From Blepharisma stoltei ATCC 30299 (Eukaryota; Protista; Ciliophora), in assembly GCA_965603825.1 (NCBI GenBank), contig CBFDEM010000005.1, positions 124,001 to 188,000 on the forward strand: DNA of 64,000 nt, in the 5' to 3' direction. Below the pieces are notes generated by a model. It did no database searches. It was not told the DNA's origin and saw only the letters and a program-made list of their open reading frames with translations. Numbering within the stretch: position 1 is the stretch's first letter; the number at the start of each line of letters is the position of its first letter. Shown here piece by piece: positions 1-12,030 of the stretch. The position numbers were made by a program, and so were the translations under genes.

Positions 1-2
1 AT

Positions 3-3000
3 GTGCAAAATTATGACTGTGGAAATTCTCCAGATACTGTTTATCAATCCCCCTACAGAAGAATTGTGATGACTGAGACTGTCTATCATTTCCAGATTGA
101 CCCTATAAATTATAGATATAAAGAAAAACCAAGGCATTCCTTTGGGAATTTATCAAGCGAAATGTCAGACATCTCAGAGACTGGGTCATATAAAGAGGCC
201 AATACTCATTTTAAAGACCCAGCAGGCGGACTTAATAGCATTTCTGATATTGACAATTTAATAGCAAAAGCATTAGAAGACCTCCCAGGGTATAATGAAA
301 AAAATATCCCTAAAAAAATAATTGAAATGGACGAATACCCGTCCCAGCACCGACAAATCAGTATGGAGTCATATATAAGTGAAGATAGTAAAGAAATCGA
401 AAAAAATAAAAAAAATAATGAGAATTCGCCTTATAAAAAAAATAAGTCAGAAACTAACATAAGTGAAGGGAAAAGACCTGAAACATTTTTAAGTGGGGAT
501 TTTACGTATAGTAACAGTTTATTGTCAAAATCGCAGCAATTTAGCAGTGATTTAGATAAAAGTTTGCCTATAAAAGATAGCTTAAGATCATTCTATGAAA
601 ATGAAGAAATGTGTCGAGAAGGTTTTAGTGAAGAAATGGGCAGAGGAGCACTAAATGAAGAAATCAGCAATAAAGAAGATTTTAATAGAGAGTTGTTAAA
701 CGAAGACTCTGAGGGATCATTGAGCCAGCCAAAAACCGCTTACTTTTATTTTCATCAAGATAGATGGCCTATATATCAAGCTGAAAAGAGTAGTCTTACA
801 AGTGCAGAGAGAACAAAACTAATTGAGAAGGAATGAAATGAATTATCTGAAGCTGAAAAGGATCATTATATTGAAAAAGCTGTACTTGAGAGAGATCTAC
901 TTTTAAACCAAGAAGAAGCAAGAAGTGATTCTTCTAATAAATTGCCCTCTAGTCAGTTATTAAATAAAGAAGATGAACAAAGCGACATGGATTCTCCATC
1001 ATTTGGCCCAAAAACTCCTGAGACAGATTTTATGTATTTTTCTCAGAATAAAGAAGCTGAAAATGAAAATCTTAAAAGCAATGAGGAATTTTCAGCTAGC
1101 AAGAAATGGGATTCATCTGAAGCTGAAAAAGCTGTAGAAATGGCTGAAGAAAATCAATTTAAGGATGAAAAAGAATTAGAAGTTCCTGAAGAAAATAGTT
1201 CATATAGATCTCAGCAGCTATATAACTCTGACGCAATAACAAAAGCTGAAGGAGAAAGCTTTTCAGCATTTTTACCTTCAAAACCAAAAACAGCTTGCTT
1301 TTATTATTATCAAGATCGTAAGTTATCACTAGAAGCTGAAAGACCTGATCTCAATAATGCAGAACACATAAAAATTGCAGAAAAGGAATGACTTGGACTG
1401 TCTGGAGAAGAAAAAGCTCCATATATTGAAAAAGCTATAAAGGATAATGAAAAATACGAAAAAGACAAAAATTTATATTTTAGCTCAGGAGAGCCTGAAA
1501 ATTTGTCAGACCTAAAATTGTTTAAATATTCATCATTGGGCATAAAAGAAGAAAACAAAGAAGATCTCAGCGAAGAAGCCAAAATTGTGACTGGATCTTC
1601 AGGGAAAGGAAGTATTTTTACTTTCAGAGAAGAAAATGAAGCCCAAGTTCCTGAAATTATAGGGAATTCTGAAGAAGACGCAGAAATAGTTTATGAAGAA
1701 ATTGTCGAGAGTATGCCGGAGCCTATACAAGATATGAAACCGATAAAGAAAGGCAAAAAAGCTAAGGTAAGAAGTGGCAAAAAAAGCAGCCAACTAAAAG
1801 AAGTTAATCAAGATGAGCCAAAGGAAAGTGACGAGATCAAAGTCATTGAAAAATTCGAAGATATTGAGTATGAGATTCCTGAAGAAAAAGATGCAGGGTA
1901 TCAGAGAGAAGAAAATAGTCCAAATAAATCAAATCCTATAGATCTGGGGCTTATAAATTTAGAAGAAAATACTATTTTAGAAGAAAATGAAGAGGGAAAG
2001 CAAATATTGAGAACAGATCAAGAAGAAAAAATAAGCAAAAATGGAGAAACTTATCCAGAAAAAGTCCCAGCTAGTAATTTATCCCAAAAAACCAGCTATA
2101 AAACTGACAAAAGTGACAATCTAGCTGACAATTTAATCCACATAAAATCATCAGAAATTGCCCTTATTTCAGATTCTGACATATTTCTATCAGAAGCTGA
2201 CAAACTAAGTGAAGAAAACCAAGAGCTTTCTCCACGATTTAATACTTTGCCTTCTACACAAAAAGTATTTCTAATAGAGCCTCAATCTAAAAGTTTTTCT
2301 GCTGAAAATACAAGCCAAGAAAAAGTTTTTGATTTGCCTAAACAAATAAAAAATGAAAATAAAACCTCAAGATCTTCAGTTGGAGAAGCCAGCGAAAAAG
2401 ACTCGCAATATTCAGAGTCCCGTGCTGAGTCTTCAAGAGATTCTATTAAAAGAGCTTTAGGTGGGGACATAAAGCAAGGAAAAAATAAATTAGAAGAAAA
2501 TAAGTCAGGTGTAAAAAAGAGAGTTGTTTCGAGGACAAGACCTATAAATTCCCCACAAGAAAAGATAGAGCCTATGAGCAATTTTTCAAGCATTTCTAAA
2601 AATTTGACTACAAATAAAGCTGCTTCGTATTCTGCATCTTTAGGGGATGAAGAAAGTGACAGAGGAAGCATTGAATATGCAAAAACAGAAGGCAAAGGAA
2701 ATGAAGAAAATTATGAAGGATATCTGCATGGAGAAATTACTAAAAATGATGAAGAAACATCTGAGAAAATGTGGAGCAAAGAAAATGAATATATAGATTT
2801 GCATTCATATGAGCCATCCCATGAAAGTGAAGAAGAGAGATCATTAAATGGAAGCGGCAACATATTTATGAAGTCACAAGAAGAAATCTATACAAATCAA
2901 GAAGAAAAATCATTAAATGAAAGTGGGAAATTATTTATTAAAAATTCTGAAGAAATGCATACAAGTGATGAAGAAGAAATGCTGCAAAAAGAAAACAAAA

Positions 3001-5024
3001 TAATAAATATGAAAATTAATGAAGAAAAACTGCAAAAAGGAAGCCAAAAGTTATATGAAGAAGAGAAAAAAATTCAGGAAATTTCGAAAAAATCTATTGA
3101 AGAAGAAAAGTTGCAAATAGAGAATAAAGTTATGAAGCCAAATGAAGAAGAAACGCATAAAGGAAGACAAAAACCATATGAAGAAGAGAAAAAAAGCAGA
3201 GAAATAAGTAAAAAAACTGGTGAAGAAAGATATAGCAGAGATGAAGAAGAAAAATTGCAAACAGAAAAAAAAGTTATCAAGCCAAATGAAGAAGAAATAT
3301 CAAAAGAAAGGCAAGAAATAATTATGAAAAAAACTGTTGAAGAAAGATATAAAAGAAGTGAAGAAGAAAAATTGCAAACAGAAAAAAGAGTTATCAAGCC
3401 AAATGAAGAAGAAATACAAAAAGAAAGCCAAAAATTATATGAAGAAGAGAAAAAAAGTATAGAAATAATTAAGAAAAAAAGTGATGAAGAAAGATATAGC
3501 AGAGATGAAGAAAAGCCTAAAAGAGATGAAGAAAATATAAATAAAAAGAGCGAAAAAATCGAAAAAGAAATACAGAGAAGTAATGAACAGACTCAAGGTA
3601 GTAAAAGCCCATTTATAAAATCATCTCAAGAAGACATTAAGAAAAAAGATGATGAAAAGCTTCAGAAAGGAAGTAAAAACACAATAAAGCCAGTTCAAGA
3701 GGAATCTACCAGAAAAGATGTAGAAAAATCTCAAAAAGACAGCAAAAGTATATATATAAAGCCTCATAACGAAGAAATCTATATAAGTGATGAAGAAAAT
3801 CAGTCTGATCCAGAGGTCCCAAAATATGAAAATAAATCCGTTAAAAATTATGAAGAAAAATTAAGGGAAAGAATGGAGCCTAGTGATGAAGAAATCGATA
3901 GTAGGGATCTTGAAGGATCCCAAAATGAAGCTCATTTAAATATAGAGCCAGAAATCTACGAAGAAAGTTACAGCCAAAAACCACAGAAAAGAGAAATCTT
4001 GCTTGAAGATCAAGACAGTGACCTAAAAGCACTATTTGCAGGAAAAAAAGAAAGAGACTTAATATATCAGCAAAAAGTGTTTAATGATAAGCCAAAAGAA
4101 TTAATAGAAAATAGGCCACAAAAGCAGCTGAGCTCACTTCAAAACCAGCCAAAAGGGACATCTCAAAAAAGAATTGAGAGCTCTAATAGCTCAACCCAGT
4201 CATTTAAAATTGATGACAGCGAAAATCCTTCAAAGCCTCTAAAAACACAATCAGTTATAAAGCTGCAAAAAGACCCAAGTAATGTATCAGGACCACAAAA
4301 ACTCAGTGAATGCCTGCTGCAGAAAGAAGAAAAAAATATTAAAAAACAGCAAAAGCCATCTTCAAATTTATCCATAAAATTAGCTCAGCAAGAACAAATG
4401 TCTAGACATAGAGCAAATACAGAAGAAGCTGCAAGATCTCAAGGGTCTAATAGTCCAATGCTGTATCCTCAATATCCATATCCTTATCAGCAGGCATATT
4501 TACCTCCACCTCCTAATGTCTATAATAGCCAATATCAGCCTTATGGAATTCCTAGCCCATACCCATACCCTCCTTCTTATTCTCCAGGCCTATATCCTCC
4601 TTCACCTCCTAACCCTTCTCCTGCTTCTTATGATCCTTCTTATATAAACTACCTTAAATCCATTATAGCTCAATCAGAACAATATCAAATTTCTAATTCA
4701 GGAAACACCCCAAAATCAAATAATTCGTATTCTTATAGGATAAATAAAAGAACTTCTTATGAAGAAATCAGGCTTTTCCATCAGCTTCAAGAAGAGTCTG
4801 CAATAAAAATCCAAAGAGCATTTAGAAAAGTAAGAAAATCAAAATATTCTTATCAAAAAAGCTCAGTTCATGAGGTACAAACTGATGAAATACCATTTTT
4901 AAGATTAATTGTAAATTCTATATAGACAAGTGAAGAGGAGTCAAGAAGACTCTACAAAGCATTATTGCTTATTGGGACTTATGGAGAATTTCTGGAAGGA
5001 AGAGGTTTAAATCTGCTGCCATAA
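3..5024 (+). CDS. Large Glu/Lys-rich protein with degenerate HMG boxes, internal repeats and a C-terminal IQ motif (probably 5'-partial)
   Basis: ORFs 3..836, 942..1391 and 1503..4925 share one frame, joined by TGA at 834 and 1389. Both TGAs sit at the HMG-box Trp (PKTAYFYF...KE-W-NELSEAEKDHY; PKTACFYY...KE-W-LGLSGEEKAPY). IQ-like SAIKIQRAFRK. A 15-nt intron at 4911-4925 extends the CDS to TAA 5022-5024. Confidence 0.75.
2950..3530 (+). repeat. Imperfect coding tandem repeats (about 40 aa; EEEKLQTEKKVIKPNEEE / YEEEKKS.EISKK / EERYSRD)
   Basis: Near-identical DNA units, e.g. gaagaagaaaaattgcaaacagaaaaaa.agttatcaagccaaatgaagaagaaata at about 3243 and 3360. Confidence 0.7.
4911..4925 (+). other. 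15-nt spliceosomal intron
   Basis: gtaaattctatatag; A at -6. Removal deletes an in-frame TAG and opens 32 more codons. Confidence 0.75.
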
Positions 5025-5053
5025 ATATTGAGATTTTCATATTAAATAATAGT

Positions 5054-5959
5054 CTAGTCTTTAAAATAGGCTCCTGATATTATATTGTAGTCACGGTTTC
5101 CTCTCCATAGTGATTTAAGCCTTTCATTTCTGTCTTCAGAAATCCTGTCAACTGTAGGTACAAATAAGCTGTTATGGGTATTGTGGTACTGCTCTGGGAC
5201 TTCATCTTCGACTCTTTTAAGTCCTCTTGGCTTCTCAACTGGCGGATTTTCTATATTTGAGTGTGAAAACCCAATTCCAGGGCTCGTTCCTCTGTATTTT
5301 AGCATATTTATAGCCCTTGCTTCCCTTTTTAGCCTGTCTTCTTGCTCTTTTATCATGTCTTGCTTCTGCATTTTCCAATAATGGCTGCTTAAATCAGGCC
5401 TATCTGGCGAGTCTACTCCTAAAATTCCATTAGGGTACGCATTTGAAATAATCCTTTCTTTTTTGATAATCGCAAGCCTTTCATTTTTTAATTTTTTATA
5501 TTCTTTTTCTCTATATTTAGCAGCCTCATACAGCTGTCTCCTTTTAGAAGGTAAAATTCTCTTATTGTACTCCGTATCATCCTCAAGCCGCCTTTTTTCT
5601 AACTGGCTCATTTTTTCACCAATTTTTATCATATCAGGCTGAGAAGGCTCAAATGGGCGTTGGTCATTTCTTCATGACATCATTGTCATAGGCTTGGTTT
5701 CTTTTGTTAAAAATGCTGGAGCTTCACTTGTCCGTGGCAGTGAAATAAAGGCTGGACTAGGGCGGATATTTGTGTCTCCATTAAGAAAAGGAGCTAATGC
5801 AGGATTTGGCTGTGAAGGTGGTAAAGACATAGCTGAATTTCGTTTGCTTGAAAATAATTTTTCGCCTCATTGGGAACTGAGGAATTTGTCCAGGTGTTTG
5901 GCGTCCCAGGTTGACCCATGAAGTGTGACGCTTGGCTTGTTATGGAAGTTTACGTTCAT
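5054..5959 (-). CDS. Hypothetical protein, about 301 aa
   Basis: Open from ATG 5959 (MNVNFHNKP...) through two TGA codons into ORF 5054..5632, ending in TAG. Confidence 0.7.
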
Positions 5960-5985
5960 ATCAGTTATATGATTATTAAAATATT

Positions 5986-8466
5986 TTAATTTTTATTATT
6001 AGTGCTATTTTCTTCAGAATCAGGAATTAAAGACTGTGCAGATCTTGATGACGATAAAACCCTATTCATGTCAAGTCCTGAACTTTTCCGGATGTCAGGG
6101 AATTTTAGCAGGCTATCTTTCTTTTTTCTCTCTTGTTTGTATTGAGGGGAATCTAAAATTGTAGGCTGCTTTTCTAGCCTTTTTACCTTTATCAGTCCAC
6201 TTTCGATTTTCCGAACTTCATTAAGAATTGCTTGATTATTTAGTTCTCGCTTTTGCTTTATCGTAATTTCACTGCTATGATTCCCATGATGAGGTGACAA
6301 AACAGGCAAAGGTGGAGACACTGACAATTCAGCTGGCGAGGGATTAATAGTATTCGACATATAAAGCCTCTTAGAATTTGAATTCGGCTCAAAGCCTATT
6401 CCTTCTTCATCCTCCTCAGGAATTTCATTAAAAAGTTCATTGACTTCTTCATGAAACTTTATCCTTGGGTTTTCAATCCTAGGACTTGATGGCTCCAGTA
6501 CTTGGAATCTTTGTAAAAACTGCTCAAAATCGTCTTTTAATTGAAAAGTATTTTTCTTTTTAGAGCTTCGCATTTGCTTTAGCTTGAATTCTATAATAGA
6601 CCGCATTAACGGGTCAGTGGTTTTGATACTATCCGTGCTTTCTGTGCTGTTAAAGAGCTCTTCCATTTCAATTGTTTTGCGGCGGATCATGGTTCTGTCT
6701 GGTCTTCTATTTACACTGTTTTCTAGCCGGGTTTGGATTTCGTTTATATGCTCAGCCATACTTTTCACAAGCCCGAACAAGGTTTCTGAAGCAGCAGATA
6801 GCTTGAGTTGTATATTTTTGTGACTGGTGCTATAAAGCATAGGAAATTTACTTAAGATTTCATGTATGGTTCTGCTATCGCCAAGGTTTAATAAAAATGT
6901 TTTTAATTCTCTTGCATTTGTAAAATATCTAATGATCATATTTTCATTAGCTTTTTCTGAAAATATAGTAGCCTGCTCTTCTTCTCCAGGAAACATATCT
7001 AAATAAAAATTCTTTGTCGCAGGAGTTTGATATAGTGAAAACTGCAAAATGTTTTCTATATTAGAAAACGAATTTTCATTTCCAGCAGGTGACATATCGC
7101 TGCTACCTCTTATAGAATCTTTTATTAAATCTTCAAATTTGTGCTTTAATTCTTCTAATTTTTCTCTCATTGTTTCTGAGCCAGTCTCTGTTTCTATATA
7201 ATCAGCTTGTGTCAGGAGTCTTTGTGTTATCTGTATTATATAAAGCAAAGTGTAAATAGAAAAATTTTCATTTCTATTAGAAATCATACGATGGGTAAGT
7301 CCAGGAGTTTCTTCAATAAACGATAAAAGCTGGTTATAAGTTTCTGCTTTTGTGTTTTGGAAAATAGCTGAAGATTTTTGCTTCATATTTTCTAGCTGGC
7401 TTTCATAGTTTTCATTGATAGACCTAAACTCAACCAGCTCGCTTTTTAAAGTCTCATAATCTTTTTTGAAAATTTCTTGCTGCTCCGTAAGGTTTATATA
7501 GTAAACTTGTAAATGGTCATATTTATAAGCAATAAGCTGGTACTCTTCAATTATTTTGTTCGCTTCTTCTATATTAAAACCAGTTTTTCCTATTTCTTTT
7601 CCAGTAATTTTTGCAATAGTCTTTAGCGACAGGTTAAGTTGGCTTAAAGATTCCATCTGTTTTTTATGCAAAATTTGGTTTTCTGTGTATTTTTCTAATT
7701 TTTTCTCAACTTTGTTCAACATGTTTTTTGTTTTGTAATCAAATTCTTTTTTCTTCAGCTTGTTTTGAGTTATTTGCTTCATGCTGTCCTTAATTTTGGT
7801 ATTGATTGTGTCAATAATTTCTTTTTTTTGGTCAATTTTTTGAGATCTTACATTTTTTTCTTTTGTATATATTTTATTCATTTTTCATACTTCATATTGT
7901 GCTGCAAGCAAATTCGTGCCGGATTTTTGTGAAGCGTACTTTACATCTCCTAAATGTCTGGTAATTCTATTATAAATAACTGTTATATCTTCAACATCTC
8001 CTTTTATTTTTAAATGTTGAGCTCTAGTCCTAATCAGCATGTTATTAAGTTGATCAGTCCTTTCTAGTTCTAAAAGTTCTTTATTTTCAATGTCGTTAAT
8101 CTGTTCTTGTAGCTGTTCTAATTTATATTCAAGGATTTCTATAGATTTTTCTTTAAGCGGAGTTTGTGGAATTGCATGAGATGGGGACGTCGGGTTTTCC
8201 AAAGTGTCTTTTTGGCGCTTTAAAAAATCCAGCTTGACTTGTTTTTTCTGGTTTTTGAAAACTTGGTTATTTAAAGTTGACCTAAGATGAGAAAGTTTCA
8301 AATTTTCACGAGCAAACTCAGGAGTTTCAAGCTTCAGCTTATTTAGATATTCTTGTTCTAGTTCTTTTTCAGTTTCTGCAAATTCTTCGTTAAAGCTAAT
8401 TTGTTTGGCTTGGTATTGCTGCTGATTCAGCAATAATGTGGTATTGAAGCGTATCATCTCGCTCAT
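5986..8466 (-). CDS. Coiled-coil protein, about 826 aa
   Basis: ORFs 7885..8466 and 5986..7881 are in frame across TGA 7885-7887. The N-terminal half is heptad-rich. Confidence 0.75.
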
Positions 8467-8753
8467 ATTAGACAGTGAATGAAATTAATTTCATTAAATC
8501 CATTTTGAGATTTTAAAAGAACTTATAATATTAAGACATATATTATATATCATTAAGACGAATTATAGTATAAAGGTTTTATGCCTAAAATAAAGCTAAT
8601 TAACTGTATTTAATTAATATATTAATTTGACTAAGGAACTTATAATAAGGATTTTATGATAAAGAAATGAAAATTGCTGCAAAAATAAGGATGTATTATG
8701 GTATTAAAAGAAGTAAAATAATTACTAAAAATAATTATATTTATTGAATTGAT

Positions 8754-10133
8754 ATGGGAGCATATTTTTCTTCTCGCAATCCTGAATTAAAAAATCTGGA
8801 CTTGAAGAAGCCTGTTAAATTCATGGCGACTATGCTTACGAAATGTAAATAGTATTCAGGAAATAAGGAAGAAATTTCGAAATTGTTTAGAAGATTCACA
8901 AGCTCACAAAATATTGGCGAATTTTATATTGATAATGGAATGATACGCATCATCTTCAGGTCTTCTAACGCTCAAGGAATGGAAAACGAAATCTTACGTA
9001 TATTTCATGTAAAAGGCCGAGTAAACGCTATGGAAATTCTTGCAGTTTTGATTCTTTATTCCACATTGAACTGAAAAGAAAAAATAAAAATCATGCTAAA
9101 CGTCTTTGACTTTGATGGAAATAAAGCAATTTCTAAAGATGAGATGGTTATCTTATGTCAGTCTTTTTTGAGAGGATTTTCTTGTGTAACTGATAATCCA
9201 TTAATTTCAATAGAGGCTTGCAAAATTTTAGCTGAAATTGTGTTTGATCAGGTTGGAAAAGACGCTAACGGTCTTTTAACCTACGATGATTTGTGTGGGT
9301 GGATTAGTATATATAGCGAAATCCATGAGCTTTTTATGATAAATCAGGTCGAAGAAGTTAAAAATATAAAAACGAGCCGTAGAAAAAGCATTTTAGCTGG
9401 AATTGGTCTTTACAAAACAAATCAAAATCGTCCAAAAAATGAGTCATATTTTTCAGAAAAATACAAAAATTCTACGGAAAAGTACAGTCCTGCTCATAAA
9501 AAAAGTAAATCAACAGGAAATCGACAAAGAAAATTTTTCATAGTAGGAAATAAAAATACACGATACACAAAAGAGCTAATAGAATCTTTATACGCTTTCT
9601 ATCAGAGTGCTGAGCAGAATTCAAAAACTCCTTTGAAATGTAATCTCTAATTAGCACTAAAAGCTGAATTAATCAAACATCAAAAATTCTCACATCTTGC
9701 TCACAGCTTAACCCTTCAATACCCACACCATGAAAATATCACTTTTAAAGAGCTTCTTATTTCTGCCTGCCCAAACGCTGAGCTATTTCAAATAAACCGA
9801 ATGATAAAATGAGTCAGAAATGAATCCAGCCCACTTCCTGCTATAAAAAGAGCCCATCAGGTAAGTAAACGAAAGTTAACATTTGGCACCGCAAATACTT
9901 ATAGACGCGTTTTTGAAAAAATCGACACAAATCATGATGGATCTTTAGATGTCCAAGAATTAGAAGACGGCTTTAAAGATGTCGCTTCAAAAGAAGGTAT
10001 TGAAAAAATTTTCAAAGAATTTGACACAGATCATAACGAAAAAATTGATTTAAAAGAGTTTTTCAGGCTAATGGCACCTCCAAGCATGGAAATCACTGAT
10101 GATATTTTGAGAGTATTTGATGAACAAAAATAA
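8754..10133 (+). CDS. EF-hand Ca2+-binding protein (calcineurin-B/recoverin-like N-half plus a C-terminal EF pair), about 449 aa, probably N-myristoylated
   Basis: MGAYFS start. EF loops DFDGNKAISKDE, DTNHDGSLDVQE and DTDHNEKIDLKE. Two 15-nt introns, three TGA=Trp, TAA at 10131-10133. Confidence 0.8.
8845..8859 (+). other. 15-nt intron
   Basis: gtaaatagtattcag contains an in-frame TAG. Splicing joins T|GA to form a Trp codon. Confidence 0.8.
9640..9654 (+). other. 15-nt intron
   Basis: gtaatctctaattag contains an in-frame TAA. Removal links to the downstream EF-hands. Confidence 0.85.
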
Positions 10134-10168
10134 ATGTAGAAATAATTTTTTATTTTTTAATCACGCAA

Positions 10169-11800
10169 TTACCTTCTTCTAGAATTCAGTATCTCTATTG
10201 ATTTTTTGAGACCGTAAGTCACGTCTTTCATGGAGGGTCTCCTTATTGGGTCTTCAGTCCACATTTCTCTCATTAATGATACAAATCTTGGGTATTCGTA
10301 CTCATACTCTTCATCAACCCTTGGTCTTCTGCTTTTTTTCTTTAATTCATTATAAAACTCTTTCCTTGATAGTCTATGCCCTTTTGCGGATTCTAAATAG
10401 TCGAAAGGTGGCCTTGTATGCAAAATGTAATAAAGACACATCCCAAATGACCAAACGTCAGATTTTTCATTTGGGCTTGAGCCTCTTATCTGCTCTGGAG
10501 AACAGTATAACAAAGTGAATCCTGGCCTGATATTTTTAACATTTTTTAAATGCTCAGATAAGCCAAAATCAGCAAGCTTTGGACATGGATCATAAGTGCC
10601 AGCTAAAAAGATATTTGAAGGTTTTATATCAAAATGGCAGATTCTTTTGGAATGCACAAATTCCAATCCCATCGCAGAACCAAGTAAAATATTAAATCTT
10701 GCTGAAATATTAACATCAGGATTTTCATTCAAGTATTTATTTAAATTTCCTTGATTGCAGTACTCCATTACAATCCCAGTCCTATTTTTATACTTAATAA
10801 TTCCATATACAGCAACTATATTATCGTGGGGTAAGAGTTTCATTATTTGGTATTCTTTTATAATTCTGTCAACTGCTTTTTTTTCACTTTTTTCATCTTC
10901 TGGATTTTCTTTAGGGAATTTTATTGCTACTTTTTTACCAAAAAGCTCATTTTGATAGATTTCGCCAAAGCCACCTTTATCCAGTAAATAGCTGCCTGAA
11001 GTAATTTCACTAAATTGAAGGTGACTAGGAGGTATGATATCATGAACTGACACATACATTTTTGTGTGGCATTTTAAAGGGATCATTTTCATTAGAAATT
11101 CATTTGCTTCTTTTTGCATTTTTATTAGGTACTTTTTTCTTGCTTGCTGAGGGGTCATATTATCTGGTATTTTTACCTTTTCTGCAATTTTTGAAAGTCT
11201 TCTTGGGATAAATTTAAAAGATACATCAGGCATAAATCCATTCACAATGATATGGTCTCTTGGAAATTTTGTAAACTCAATCCCGCTATTGTAAACCGCG
11301 TTAAGTATTTCAATAATTTCTTTAATAATTCCTGAATTAATGCTGAAGCATTGAAAATACTTTTCTAGCGTGGATCCTTCATACCCTTCATAAATTAATT
11401 TTTTTCCGCTCATAATTAGCTGATCCATATCAAAAAGATTTCTTAAGAAATCATTCGCTTGAATAAAATCCAAAATTTGCCATTCTTCTTCCATTGAAAT
11501 GTGCTCTTCATCCATTTCAGCCTTGTCTTCAATTTCAGGGTCTGTTTTTTGCGCACTGTTTTCTTCTTCAGAATTTTGGTCGTTTTTATTTTCTTCGGCT
11601 TTTTTTGGAAATTCTTTTGCAGAGTTGTTTATATTAGGCTGAATTCCAAGGTTAATATTGATGAGTCCTTTATTTTGAATTGTAGATTCTCTGTTAATGT
11701 TTGGATCTTGGAAAGACTGATTTTGATTTGGCCTTAGAGGCTCTTTTTGTGCTTGATGCTTCAGAATTCTTCGACTTGATCTTGATTGACTTGGTTCCAT
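10169..11800 (-). CDS. TKL-like Ser/Thr protein kinase, 543 aa
   Basis: Motifs KGGFGEIY, VAIK, HFDIKPSN, LADFGLS, YCSPE, SDVWSFG and RRPSM. Confidence 0.9.
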   Translation of the reverse strand: MEPSQSRSSRRILKHQAQKEPLRPNQNQSFQDPNINRESTIQNKGLININLGIQPNINNSAKEFPKKAEENKNDQNSEEENSAQKTDPEIEDKAEMDEEHISMEEEWQILDFIQANDFLRNLFDMDQLIMSGKKLIYEGYEGSTLEKYFQCFSINSGIIKEIIEILNAVYNSGIEFTKFPRDHIIVNGFMPDVSFKFIPRRLSKIAEKVKIPDNMTPQQARKKYLIKMQKEANEFLMKMIPLKCHTKMYVSVHDIIPPSHLQFSEITSGSYLLDKGGFGEIYQNELFGKKVAIKFPKENPEDEKSEKKAVDRIIKEYQIMKLLPHDNIVAVYGIIKYKNRTGIVMEYCNQGNLNKYLNENPDVNISARFNILLGSAMGLEFVHSKRICHFDIKPSNIFLAGTYDPCPKLADFGLSEHLKNVKNIRPGFTLLYCSPEQIRGSSPNEKSDVWSFGMCLYYILHTRPPFDYLESAKGHRLSRKEFYNELKKKSRRPRVDEEYEYEYPRFVSLMREMWTEDPIRRPSMKDVTYGLKKSIEILNSRRR

Positions 11801-12030
11801 TTTGTCTTAGTAATTTTGCTATACTAAGCTTTGAAAAATGATATATAGTAAAATGATGAAATTAAAATACAAGAAAATTATTATACGAAATAATATAAAT
11901 TTAATTGAAAGGTCTTTAATATAATCAATTCCAATAAACTAATAAATTCAATAAAATTAAATCCATAGTTCCACCGAAATGTTATATTAGAGAGATAATT
12001 ATTATTTGCAACATTAATATCCAACCAATA

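Noticed and set aside
2950-3530. Repeat array as a possible CRISPR or satellite
   Set aside because: In-frame coding repeats with no unique spacers.
9861-9875. Possible stopless 15-nt intron gtaagtaaacgaaag
   Set aside because: It lacks the -6 A, ends in AAG, and the frame is open either way. It cannot be supported without RNA data.
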